Shown: positions 38,082-48,719 of the stretch, piece after piece | Position numbering within the stretch: position 1 is the stretch's first letter | Layout: each line of letters opens with the position of its first letter | NCBI GenBank assembly: GCA_963575745.1 | Contig: CAUYUJ010000205.1 | Coordinates: 62,001 to 116,886 of the forward strand | DNA from: Prorocentrum cordatum | Taxonomy: Eukaryota | Direction: 5' to 3' | Length of the DNA stretch: 54,886 nt | The notes under the pieces: model-generated | Database searches by the model: none | Seen by the model: only the letters and a program-made list of their open reading frames with translations | Told to the model about the DNA's origin: nothing | Program-made: the position numbers and the translations under genes

Positions 38082-41000
38082 TCTCCCCCTGGGTGATTCA
38101 GTGGCAATTGGCACCCGACCGATCGCGCTTCAGTTCACCTTGAGTCGAGCTCGCCTTGGCGTGCTCCTCGGTTTCTGGTCTCTGCACGTTCGCTGGCTTG
38201 CAGTCCCTCCTGTCCACCACCCATCTCTGCACGTCAGTGATTGACGCTTCTTTCGTTGCGCTTCCGAATATGCTCGATCGCAATTAGCACCTCCATCTGC
38301 TGCTCTCGCTTGAGGACCCTCTGCGCCGCTTATTTAAAAGTGTGTTTTATCCCCTCGGCGGGGCTCCCCCTTACGTGGAAGCCCGGCCCCCATGCTCAGG
38401 AGATCCACGCCTGCGCTGCGAGACTCACCAAGCTTCGGCGAGACGTCCCCGACACCAAGCAGAGCGGGGCCGCCTTTCTCATTGGCGCCCGCCACAACTT
38501 AAGCAACGACGTCCGGTCAGTCCCAATTGCCCTGACGCGTGAGTTCCTCTGCGCTGTCGACGACTGGCGCATCGCGGCCGGGTGGCACCAGGAGGATCCC
38601 CAGCTTTTGCGCCGTGCGATTCCGAAGTGGGTCGCCGCTGCCCCTCAGGGCGCGGGGCTCTGGGCGGCGAGTCCGCACAGGCGTCCCGCCTCGGTGCGAG
38701 ACAGCCGGTCCTGACCTCTGCCACTTTAGGAGTGCACTGGCGCCGGCGCCGGTGTGCCGGCTGAGGCCCCGTTTGGTGCGGCATTTGGCCCGGCCAGCGC
38801 GAGAGACAACCGCAATCTGGACCGCAGGCTCCCGCCAACGCAGGACGCCTCCCGCCACTCTTCGCAGCTCCAGCCCTTCCCCGGTTTTTTTTTCGTACCG
38901 CGGCACCCAGCTTCTCTGCAGCCGCTCGTGCCTATGCCGCCACCTCGTGGTCGTCTGGCTGGTACCCCAGGAGCAGGAAGAGGAAGATGAGGAGGATGAG
39001 GAGGAGGAGGAGGAGGAGGAGGAGGAGGAGGAGGAGGAGGAGGAGGGGAGGAGGAGGGGGAGGAGGAGGGAGGAGGAGGAGGAGGAGGAGGAGGAGGAGG
39101 AGAGGGATGGATGGTCCGAGGGCGTGCGGGGTGCTGCGCCGTGGGAGTGAGGGAGGGGCAGGACCACAGGAGGAGGAGGAGGAGGAGGGGAGGAGGAGGA
39201 GGAGGAGGAGGAGGGGGCCCCCTTATGGCAGTACCGCGCCAGCCTCCGATCCCTGGGGCCGCGGCTGCCTTCGGCGTGGGCAGCGGGGCCGCCCCTGCCG
39301 CTCCGTCGGCCCTTGCCCTTGCGACGAGCAAAACGACCCCGACGACGCGCTCGTTCAGTGCATCGAGACTTTCCAGCTGTCAAGCGCAGCGGCCGCGGCC
39401 TCCTGGAGCCGGTGGTGCGATTTCACTGGGCGAAGCTCATGCCCGCGCTCCACGACGCCAAGAACCTCGACGTTTTCTTGCAATGGGCTCGTCTCACCGA
39501 AGGCTTCGAGCTCTTCAGAATACTACATGGGGCTCCCCTGGCCCCCCGCCCGCTTCACCAGCGGCCCAGGCGCCCTTGGGATCGTGGCGCCACGAGTCGC
39601 GACCCCTCGCGGTGCCGAGTAGAGCCAGCCCAGCCTCGGCCTCTTCCTGCGCAGTTGTGGCTCGAACCCGCTTCATCTCATTCCACAGTATGTCCGCCGC
39701 CGCGGGCGATGGCCCCGTCGCGGCCCGCATGTGGCGGCTGAGGTCGATTCGCCGGTCTCTTTCGTGGCCTGTCCTCCCTGCAGGCATGCAGCGCAGCCCC
39801 GAGCGCACCGAGGCTTGGCGCCCCTGTGTCGATTGCGGCATCTTTATCTGGCTGGCCTGTCCCCACTGCTGCACTGCACCTCTAACGTTTCCCTCGCGCG
39901 GGCCGGCCTGGCCTCGTGCGGATGCCGCAGCCGCTGGGGCCTTCTGTGCCACGCGTGCCACGGCTGGCCGTGGTTGGCGCGCCCCGGCCGCGGCACGCAT
40001 GGCTCGGTGGCATGCTCCCTGGATTTCCTCCGCTACTTCCGTGCGGGTGGCGACCTCGGCGCTGCCCCTCGTACCGAATATCAATGCAGGCTAGCTGCGA
40101 GCAGCGCTGGGCTGCCGACGAGTTTCTCCGCGGCGGCGGCCATTCTATCACTCCCAGTACCACGCCTTACGTTCTCTTCTCCGCGGTCACCGTCCCGCCT
40201 GGGTCTGGGCTTGCGCCCTTTCCGTCGGCTCGTTCTACGCCGCCGACTCCCCACATTCCCAGGGTCGGGGGACGTAGGCTCATCGTCGAGTGTCCCGACT
40301 CACTGTGCCCACCAGTGGCCCTCCCTCCAAGGTTGCATCTTTCCCCCCTCAGGCGTCAGGAGGGAGAAAAACACACAGACACAATTAATCGGCGATTCCC
40401 AGAAAATATGGGAAAATATGGGAAGAGGGGGGGAAGACAAAAATCCAGAAAATATGGGAAAATATGGGGGATCATTTTATTTGTGTGTATTTATTTGTGT
40501 GTCCCAGTTCCCCTTCAAGGCGGGCCACCCGCCCAGCCGCCTGCTCAGACAGGCGACAGCCAGCGCGCGCCACGTGCGCCCGGGTCGCGCGGCCGGCACC
40601 TTTGCCCGTGCGGAGCGGAGAGCCTCGTACCGGACCCGGCCCAGCTCGCATGCCTGAGGTGGACCTGCCCTCCCTGCGACGGGGTGCGCACTCGCGCCGG
40701 GCAGATCGTGCTGCCGCCCCTCGCGCCCGGCGATCCGCTCTCTTGCCCAGGGGACACCGCCGCAGCTGCAGCCTTGCTCGCGCCTTGCCTCGAGAGCCCC
40801 AGGGCGGTTGCCTGGGCCCCCCCTGCCTGCCCTCCGCAGCCGCGCTGCCCTCGCGCCAGAAGCTCCCCCCGCCGTCCGCTCGCGCCCGGGCCGCCCCGCC
40901 AGCCATGCGCAGCCGACCGCGTGCTCCCCCACGCAGGCCCGCAGTCCCACCGTTGGACGCTCGCGCCTCCGGCGCGTCCCCCGCCGAGGCCGCCGCGGAG

Positions 41001-41409
41001 CATCGCGAGGGCTCCACCGACTGCGGGGGCGCCCTCCTGGACCCGGGGACCAGCGGTGTCGTTCCGTGGCCACGCCGTCTTGGCGGGCCTTGCGCGGCCG
41101 ATGGGGTCGCTTGGCTCCGTGCCGACGACGGCGGTTTCGAGACCGACGACGGGCATGCAGCGACTGCGAACATGATCGCCTGCCTGTCCACACCATGCCG
41201 CTCGGACCGCACACCGGGCCTCCGCACAGAGTCCCTGCGATCTGTCGGGTTGAGGACGCCTCTCGGGGCGAATACAACGCCGCACAGTGAATGATTCTCG
41301 GCTCCTTCCTCGCCGCTGCCTGGCTGTCTTGGACGCGGAGCTGCCCTCCCCTAGTGCCCGCCATCTCGCTCTGTCCAGTTGCCGCTGGGCCTCGGCCGCA
41401 CTAGATCCC

Positions 41410-42200
41410 TTGAGGACCCTCAGAGCGGTCGCGCGTCCCCGTTTTGCTGCCTCGCTCGGCGGTCTTGCCCCGATCGTGGCGCCCAGGGCTCCTCTCTGCG
41501 GGCTGCCGCCTCACCCCGGCACCTCGCTTGCCCCAGATGTGGAACTGCCCGTCCTGGGCGCTGGCCGTGTTGCCGCCGCTCCCTCACCCGCCCACCCACC
41601 CGCCAGGCGCTGGCGCGGGCCCGCCCACCCGCCGTGGCCGTGCGCTTGTTCTCCTCTGTTCCGCAGCCCTCTCGGCCCCCCTGCTCCCGGCCCTGCCTGG
41701 GCGGGAGCTGCCAGGCGGGAGCTCCCTTGGAGTGGCCCTCCGGGTGATCGCGCGCCCCTCTTTTGCGGCCTCGCTCGGCAGTCCTGCCCTGAGCGTGGCG
41801 CCCGGCCCCCCCCTCTGCATGCCTGCCGCCGCCTCGACCAGCTGCTCGCTCTGCCGCTCCGATCTTTTTCGCCGCTCGCCCCCCCGTCCGTTGCAGCGGC
41901 CGCGCTGGGTCCTTCGAGTGACCCTCTGGGTGGATCGTGTGCCCCGCCCCGCGGGCCCTGCTCGGCGGTCTCGCCCCGAACCTCACCCGTCGGGGGCCTC
42001 AGCGCCTCTCGCCCCTGCGGCCCGCCGCCCATGGCGCCTTCTTCTGCTGCCACCTCGTGGCTTCGCTGCTCCAGCGCCCACCCCCTTCGCTCCAGCTGCA
42101 CTTGATCCCTAGGGTGGCCCTTTGGGTGGATCGCGCGCCTTCCTTCGGCCTCGCTCGGCGATTTTGCCCTGACCATGGCGCCCGGGCCCCCTCTCTGGTC
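41410..42200 (+). repeat. Diverged GC-rich tandem units (GCCTCGCTCGGC..T..TGCCC.GA.C.TGGCGCCC.GG)
   Basis: The motif recurs near 41448, 41768 and 42148, with a partial copy at ~41920-41975. Confidence 0.65.
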
Positions 42201-43139
42201 CAGGGGCCTCCTCCCCCCACCCAGCCGCCCGCGGCCTCGCCCCGGCGGCGCGCCGCTCACGCTCTTGCAGCCTGCAGGCTGCGCTGCTTCTTGCTGCCAG
42301 TCCTCTGCTTAGCTCCCTGGGCTGCTGTCTGCCCCCCCCCTCGCGCTCGATCTCCAGGGTGGGACCTCCGAGACGATCGCGCCACTGCTCGCCCCGAGGA
42401 TCCCCAGCGCCGTCTCGGCGGGCGCCCTCGTGGCTTCTCTTGCCGCGCCCCCTCCTTTGTGCCGTTGTCGGCGATCCACAGAGGCCCCTCCGTGCCTGTC
42501 GCGCTGGCTCGCGGGCCACCTCTGCTGGCGACTCGCTCTCTGTGCCGTGCTCGCCGGCGCAGCTCCCACTTTCGGGATCGGCCCCGCGCCGCCCCGCCGC
42601 CCGCCGAGCTCTGGCGTGCTCCTGCCTGCTGCCGCACCCCCCCGCCTCGCTGCCCTGCCGCCCCCGCCCGCTGCCTCGCCCGCCGCCGCAGCCCCCGCCG
42701 GTCCGGCTCTGCTGCCTCGCTCGCCGCCCCGGCCCCGCAGACCCGGCGGCTGCCCTGCCGTCGCCCTGCAGAGGGGCCGCCCGCCCGGCGCGCGCGCGGC
42801 TTCCGCGCGGGCGTCCGACGGTGCGGCGAGCCGCCCACCCGCAAGAGCTCGACAGTGTGTGTGTGTGTGTGTGCGATTCAATCTGGCCCGCTTCGCTTCG
42901 ACCGGAAGAGGTGCGCTCTCGACCCGCGGATCAAAAAAGTGTGTGTGTGTGTGCGCATGCGGAAGGAAGGCGCTTCGAACTGCTTGGGGATATGCAGTGG
43001 TGGCCAGGGGATGTGGGAACCGCTGGGGGGCCATTTTCGCCGAGAGGGAGGGCATTCTGATGGCAATTTCTGGCCTGCCTTGTTCATTCTTTCCCGTCTG
43101 GCGCTTTGGAGGGACCGACACAAGAGGTACCAAGAAGAG

Positions 43140-43229
43140 GTGTGTGTGTGTGTGTGTGTTTATGTTTATGTTTATGTTTATGTTTATGTTTATGTTTATG
43201 TTTATGTTTACGTGTGTGTGTGTGTGTGT
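43140..43229. repeat. (TG)n/(TGTTTA)n microsatellite
   Basis: Direct observation; further (TG)n runs at 42855-42873 and 42939-42953. Confidence 0.95.
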
Positions 43230-43276
43230 TCGTAACCCTTTGCCGCAAGCTTTGGGGAGACGCACCGCTGCGCGCT

Positions 43277-46200
43277 ATGGCGCCAGTGGCAGTGTCGCCG
43301 CCGCCTGGTCCAGGGCGCCGCCGCGCGATTGAACACGAAGACGCCCCAGGCCCCTACCTCGTCATTCACGCGGGCGCCGCCGTAAGGCGGACGGCGGCAT
43401 GTTCCACCAACGAGGAAGTGCTCGCTCGGCTGGAGTACGGAGCACGGGTCACAGTGCTGGAGGTCGTCGTGATTCAGGTGACGAGAAGGGTGCGCGGCCG
43501 CATCGAGGATCCCCCAGGGTGGATTACGCTCCGGTGCCTGAAGGACGGTCACCGTTGGGCGAGGCCGTTGGACGACAGTGACCAGCAGGCGCGGCCTGAC
43601 CCTGCGCACCGCAAACGGGCGCCTGTTGATCTCGGTAGAAGTCCTCATGGCCGAGCCGCGCTTGGCTTCTGTGGCAGCCCAGCGCTGCGGCCTAGCTTCA
43701 GTGGCGGTGTTGGCGAGGGGTCCAGTGGCAGCGGGCCCACCACGCCTACGACGTGCGCGAGTGCGTTGCCGTCCGTGGAGGCTTCGCGGCAGGAGATCTT
43801 GCAGCGCCGTCGGCAGCGCGGCTGGGCGTCCTTGGCAGCCGTGCCCGTGGAGGGGACGCCGTCCGCTTCGCTGGGGCCCAGCTCACCGCGGAATGTGGGC
43901 GCGGCGTCCTCTGTAGAGCCGAAGCCCGGGTCGCGGCAGGAGACCTTGAGAGTCCCTCAGCAGCGCGGCTGGGGGTCCTCGGCAGCCATGCCGGTGGCGG
44001 CGTCACCCCCCGCGGAGCTGGTGCCCAGGCCGTCGCAGCGCGAGGGAGCGGCGAACGCCCATGCAGAGATGAACCGCGAGGGGACCGAGCACTCCCCCGA
44101 GCCAGCGTGCCCTGGCGAGGGTCGGTTGCAAGGTCTCAGATCCCAAGAAGGGCACCCGGTGCACGGGCAGTCCGCGGGACCGCAGCAGGAGCACCAGGAC
44201 GAGCTGGAGCGGCTTCGGGTCGAGCACGCGCAGCAGAGCTCGGAGCTCTCTCAGGTGCGCGGCTCTCTAAATGCATCGATTGCCGAGAAGGAGGCGCTGC
44301 ATGAGGAGCTTCGGCAGTTGAGGTCACAGGTCGAGAGGTTGCGGCAGGCGAGGCTTGAGGAAGAAGGGGAGACGGCGTTGCACCCTCGCGGAACAGAGGG
44401 CCCGCGGCAGTCGCAGCCTGGCTCCGCACTGGCTGCCGAGAGCCCGGGGCCCGCGCCTGCTGGGCGCCGTGGCGCCCCTGTGGCGCCCGCTGCGGCGCCC
44501 TTGGCGGGGGAGCCGAAGCCCGTGGGGCAAGCTGGGAGAGCCGGCGAGGACGATGCAGCCCAGGCGGCGCCCGCTGTGGCGCCCGTGGCCCAGGAGGTGG
44601 TGAAGTGCAGCATGAGGGGCAGGCGCAAGGCACCGGAGCAGAAGGCCGCGAGGCGGCCGCAGGCCAAGCGCGAGGTCGACTTCGGCGACCACGACGCTGG
44701 AAAGTGGGTGTTCCCGAGAACGGAGTACGACGGCTCCTACGGCATCATCGGTGGGGCACCGGTGGTTCTCGAGAAGAAGGGTCCGATCCAGGCGGGCTTG
44801 GACCTGCTCAGGCAGGAGCCTCAGAGGTACCTCGGGCTGTGGTACCAGACGGATGTGATGGGGTGGCCCACGGAGCAGCAGCAGTACTCTCTGGTGGAGC
44901 GCAGGAAGCAGAGGATCGTCGTGACGGAGTCCGTTGGGGCACCCTTCACCTACGTCGAGGGCACGTACCACGCCCTGCCGGACTGCCAGGTGCACTGCGA
45001 TCAGTACACCGACCACATGCAGTACGAGGGCGCCCCGTGCACGGCGGGCAAGCAGCCAGGCCGAGGCCAGGGCTGCGCAGACGTGCCGAGCGTGAGCGTC
45101 CTCAGGGATGTGGACCCGAGCGATGTGCTGCAGGGCAGCGTGGGCGACTGCTGGCTGCTCTCCGCCATGTCCGCCCTGGCGGAGTTTCCGGGCGCAGTCA
45201 AGAAGCTGTTCGAGAAGACGCCCGGAATCGAGTCCATGCCGGGCGAGGGCGAGAACAAGTACGTGGTGACGCTGTGCGACCTGAAGACCTGGAAGCAAGT
45301 CGACATCGTGATCGACGAGCGGCTCCCGGGGAACCCCAAAGGCACTGGCCTGCTGGGTTGCGGCCCGAGCGTGTCTGGGGCCCTGTGGGCCCCGTACATC
45401 GAGAAGGCGTGCGCCATCCATTGTGGCGGATGGGACAAGATCAACGGTGGCCAGTGCACGCACGCTTGGCGCATGCTCACGGGCTGCAAGGACCAGTACA
45501 CGTTCGTGCCCGACGCCAGCGGCATGTACGGCTGCTTCGGCGCCCTGAACCCCAACACGGGCAAGTGGGAGGAGCTCGCCAACTCGCCACACGACGGGTT
45601 CCATGGCCTGTGGCCCATGCCGTGGCCCGCTGTGGGCGGCGGCGGCGGCCTGAACCACAAGATCTCAACGGACGAGATGTTTGAGCGCATGTGCGCGTGG
45701 GACGACGAGAACTACATATTGGGCGCGGGCACCAAATCTGGTACGGACACGCACGACACCGACGGCATCGTGGACGGCCATGCCTACACAATCCTCGATT
45801 GCGTCAATGATGCGGGCGGCACAGACTTCGATCTGATCAAGGTGCGGAATCCGTGGGGCCAAGGGGAGTTCAAGTCGGGCATGTGGGACGACGACGGCCC
45901 TGGCTGGTCGCAGTATCCGCAGGTCAAGAAGGCCCTGAATCCTGTGGTGGCCGACGACGGAGTGTTCTGGGTTGACAAGGAAGAGTTCTTCAAGTACTTC
46001 AAGACTATCTACGTTTGCGCGCATAACATGTCTGACTTTATCGGGGCGGCCCCTGTGGCGCCCGCTGCGGCGCCCGTGGCGGGGGAGCCGAAGCCCGTGG
46101 GGCAAGCTGGGAGAGCCGGCGAGGACGATGCAGCCCAGGCGGCGCCCGCTGTGGCGCCCGTGGCCCAGGAGGTGGTGAAGTGCAGCATGAGAGGCAGGCG

Positions 46201-47839
46201 CAAGGCACCGGAGCAGAAGGCCGCGAGGCGGCCGCAGGCCAAGCGCGAGGTCGACTTCGGCGACCACGACGCTGGAAAGTGGGTGTTCCCGAGAACGGAG
46301 TACGACGGCTCCTACGGCATCATCGGTGGGGCACCGGTGGTTCTCGAGAAGAAGGGTCCGATCCAGGCGGGCTTGGACCTGCTCAGGCAGGAGCCTCAGA
46401 GGTACCTCGGGCTGTGGTACCAGACGGATGTGATGGGGTGGCCCACGGAGCAGCAGCAGTACTCGCTGGTGGAGCGCAGGAAGCAGAGGATCGTCGTGAC
46501 GGAGTCCGTTGGGGCACCCTTCACCTACGTCGAGGGCACGTACCACGCCCTGCCGGACTGCCAGGTGCACTGCGATCAGTACACCGACCACATGCAGTAC
46601 GAGGGCGCCCCGTGCACGGCGGGCAAGCAGCCAGGCCGAGGCCAGGGCTGCGCAGACGTGCCGAGCGTGAGCGTCCTCGGGGAGGTGGACCCGAGCGATG
46701 TGCTGCAGGGCAGCGTGGGCGACTGCTGGCTGCTCTCCGCCATGTCCGCCCTGGCGGAGTTTCCGGGCGCAGTCAAGAAGCTGTTCGAGAAGACGCCCGG
46801 AATCGAGTCCATGCCGGGCGAGGGCGAGAACAAGTACGTGGTGACGCTGTGCGACCTGAAGACCTGGAAGCAAGTCGACATCGTGATCGACGAGCGGCTC
46901 CCGGGGAACCCCAAAGGCACTGGCCTGCTGGGTTGCGGCCCGAGCGTGTCTGGGGCCCTGTGGGCCCCGTACATCGAGAAGGCGTGCGCCATCCATTGTG
47001 GCGGATGGGACAAGATCAACGGTGGCCAGTGCACGCACGCTTGGCGGATGCTCACGGGCTGCAAGGACCAGTACACGTTCGTGCCGGACGCCAGCGGCAT
47101 GTATGGCTGCTTCGGCGCCCTGAACCCCAACACGGGCAAGTGGGAGGAGCTCGCCAACTCGCCACACGACGGGTTCCATGGCCTGTGGCCCATGCCGTGG
47201 CCCGCTGTGGGCGGCGGCGGCGGCCTGAACCACAAGATCTCAACGGACGAGATGTTTGAGCGCATGTGCGCGTGGGACGACGAGAACTACATATTGGGCG
47301 CGGGCACCAAGTCTGGTACGGACACGCACGACACCGACGGCATCGTGGACGGCCATGCCTACACAATCCTCGATTGCGTCAATGATGCGGGCGGCACAGA
47401 CTTCGATCTGATCAAGGTGCGGAATCCGTGGGGCCAAGGGGAGTTCAAGTCGGGCATGTGGGACGACGACGGCCCTGGCTGGTCGCAGTATCCGCAGGTC
47501 AAGGAGGCCCTGAATCCTGTGGTGGCCGACGACGGAGTGTTCTGGGTTGACAAGGAAGAGTTCTTCAAGTACTTCAAGACTATCTATGTTTGCGCGCATA
47601 ACATGTCTGACTTTATCGGGGCGGCCCCTGTGGCGCCCGCTGCGGCGCCTGTGGCGGAGGAGCCGAAGCCCGTGGGGCAAGCTGGGAGAGCCGGCGAGGA
47701 CGATGCAGCCCAGGCGGCGCCCGCTGTGGCGCCCGTGGCCCAGCGGGTGGTGGACGCCGCGATCCGGATCCAATCGTTGTTCCGGGGGATGAGCGCGAGG
47801 ACGGCTGTCAGAGAGCATCGCGATCTGGAATCTTGGTAG
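43277..47839 (+). CDS. Calpain-family cysteine protease with two tandem CysPc domains, N-terminal SH3-like domain, coiled coil and C-terminal IQ motif (1520 aa, intronless)
   Basis: Uninterrupted ORF from ATG 43277. The catalytic triad motifs QGSVGDCWLLSA, GHAYTIL and KVRNPWG each occur twice; WAPYIEKA and DDGVFW motifs are present; IQSLFRGMSAR at 47768-47800. Confidence 0.92.
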   Translation: MAPVAVSPPPGPGRRRAIEHEDAPGPYLVIHAGAAVRRTAACSTNEEVLARLEYGARVTVLEVVVIQVTRRVRGRIEDPPGWITLRCLKDGHRWARPLDDSDQQARPDPAHRKRAPVDLGRSPHGRAALGFCGSPALRPSFSGGVGEGSSGSGPTTPTTCASALPSVEASRQEILQRRRQRGWASLAAVPVEGTPSASLGPSSPRNVGAASSVEPKPGSRQETLRVPQQRGWGSSAAMPVAASPPAELVPRPSQREGAANAHAEMNREGTEHSPEPACPGEGRLQGLRSQEGHPVHGQSAGPQQEHQDELERLRVEHAQQSSELSQVRGSLNASIAEKEALHEELRQLRSQVERLRQARLEEEGETALHPRGTEGPRQSQPGSALAAESPGPAPAGRRGAPVAPAAAPLAGEPKPVGQAGRAGEDDAAQAAPAVAPVAQEVVKCSMRGRRKAPEQKAARRPQAKREVDFGDHDAGKWVFPRTEYDGSYGIIGGAPVVLEKKGPIQAGLDLLRQEPQRYLGLWYQTDVMGWPTEQQQYSLVERRKQRIVVTESVGAPFTYVEGTYHALPDCQVHCDQYTDHMQYEGAPCTAGKQPGRGQGCADVPSVSVLRDVDPSDVLQGSVGDCWLLSAMSALAEFPGAVKKLFEKTPGIESMPGEGENKYVVTLCDLKTWKQVDIVIDERLPGNPKGTGLLGCGPSVSGALWAPYIEKACAIHCGGWDKINGGQCTHAWRMLTGCKDQYTFVPDASGMYGCFGALNPNTGKWEELANSPHDGFHGLWPMPWPAVGGGGGLNHKISTDEMFERMCAWDDENYILGAGTKSGTDTHDTDGIVDGHAYTILDCVNDAGGTDFDLIKVRNPWGQGEFKSGMWDDDGPGWSQYPQVKKALNPVVADDGVFWVDKEEFFKYFKTIYVCAHNMSDFIGAAPVAPAAAPVAGEPKPVGQAGRAGEDDAAQAAPAVAPVAQEVVKCSMRGRRKAPEQKAARRPQAKREVDFGDHDAGKWVFPRTEYDGSYGIIGGAPVVLEKKGPIQAGLDLLRQEPQRYLGLWYQTDVMGWPTEQQQYSLVERRKQRIVVTESVGAPFTYVEGTYHALPDCQVHCDQYTDHMQYEGAPCTAGKQPGRGQGCADVPSVSVLGEVDPSDVLQGSVGDCWLLSAMSALAEFPGAVKKLFEKTPGIESMPGEGENKYVVTLCDLKTWKQVDIVIDERLPGNPKGTGLLGCGPSVSGALWAPYIEKACAIHCGGWDKINGGQCTHAWRMLTGCKDQYTFVPDASGMYGCFGALNPNTGKWEELANSPHDGFHGLWPMPWPAVGGGGGLNHKISTDEMFERMCAWDDENYILGAGTKSGTDTHDTDGIVDGHAYTILDCVNDAGGTDFDLIKVRNPWGQGEFKSGMWDDDGPGWSQYPQVKEALNPVVADDGVFWVDKEEFFKYFKTIYVCAHNMSDFIGAAPVAPAAAPVAEEPKPVGQAGRAGEDDAAQAAPAVAPVAQRVVDAAIRIQSLFRGMSARTAVREHRDLESW
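44474..47743 (+). repeat. In-frame 1575-bp tandem duplication (units start 44474, 46049; partial third at 47624)
   Basis: GCCCCTGTGGCGCCCGCTGCGGCGCC recurs at an exact 1575-nt spacing; only about 11 differences seen by eye between the two full units. Confidence 0.97.
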
Positions 47840-48170
47840 TGTTTGCATCCGGAGGCACAAGCTATACGCCCATGCCGATCCAGGATGGGCCCATCATGGG
47901 CACAGGACTGGTGCACGGGCCTTCCTGGCCAAGCAGGGTGGGCGTTCGCGCGCCGATCTGGGGCACCTCATGGGAGTTCCCAGGGCTGGTGCCGGCGTGC
48001 AGATGGTGTCCCTCCATCACTCAGCGGCGCGCCGATAGGGGGAAGGCGGAGGGGCGGGCCTTCTAGGAAGGCCTTCCGATAAGTTTTCTAAGCCTTCTCC
48101 GAAGCCGCCGAGGGCTTCCCGGAAGGCCGGAGGGCTTCGAAGAGACTCGACCGCCTTCCAAGAAGGCGTG

Positions 48171-48719
48171 CCCCCCTCAAGCATCATCGTCGGCCGGTTT
48201 TCGTGCCATACGTAGTGTCTCTGGCGGTCGTTCGGGACAATCCGGGCACCCCCGCGGACGATTCTCGGCAAGGCGCAGCCACTGCAACGCATCCCGAGGC
48301 AGGGAATCTTGCGAGAACCGAGGAAGACGGTCGAAAGCCTCGAGCCTGGAAACGGAACCTCCCCAATTCCCCCCTTGGGCGCGCCGACGAAGCACAGCTC
48401 AGCCCCACCCGCGCCAGCGAGGCGCGGCGGACCCTGCATCCTGGGCACCTGCGGTACGGCCGCCCATGGCATCTCAGGGGCAACGTTGGGGGGGATATGT
48501 TCAGGGGCGGATGTGGTCAGGGGGGGACGGTTCGAGGTTCGAGGTTCGAGGTTCGAGATTTTCGGGCGTTTTTGTCGGTTATCTGTGGTTGTCCAGCCTC
48601 GGGCTGCTCCAGCGGCTGCGCCTCGCCGAGGGCGTTCTCGGGCTGCCTGGACCGTCCCGAACGGCCGCCAGAGGCCCCAGTTGTGACCCGAAAACCACTT
48701 GGGACAGGCTCAGGGGGGG
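48171..48719. repeat. Long diverged inverted repeat (arms ~48171-48374 and ~48520-48719)
   Basis: CTCTGGCGGTCGTTCGGGAC pairs with GTCCCGAACGGCCGCCAGAG; CTCGGCAAGGCGCAGCC pairs with GGCTGCGCCTCGCCGAG; both arms are bounded by C6/G6 runs. Confidence 0.8.

Noticed and set aside
38241..39660. Protein-like fragments (e.g. WAKLMPALHDAKNLDVFLQWARL)
   Set aside because: They are short, frameshifted and interrupted by (GAG)n; no family could be assigned.
40355..40520. AT-rich ~150-bp insert with ACACAC/GTGTGT ends and repeated GAAAATATGG
   Set aside because: It might be a MITE or intron, but the inverted repeat is weak and low-complexity, and no host exons could be defined.
43106..43276. ORF-track start of the calpain ORF
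   Set aside because: It is a non-ATG start running through a (TG)n/(TGTTTA)n microsatellite; ATG 43277 is more plausible.
44324..47265. Long antisense and alternate-frame ORFs over the calpain gene
   Set aside because: They are shadow ORFs caused by high GC3 codon bias.
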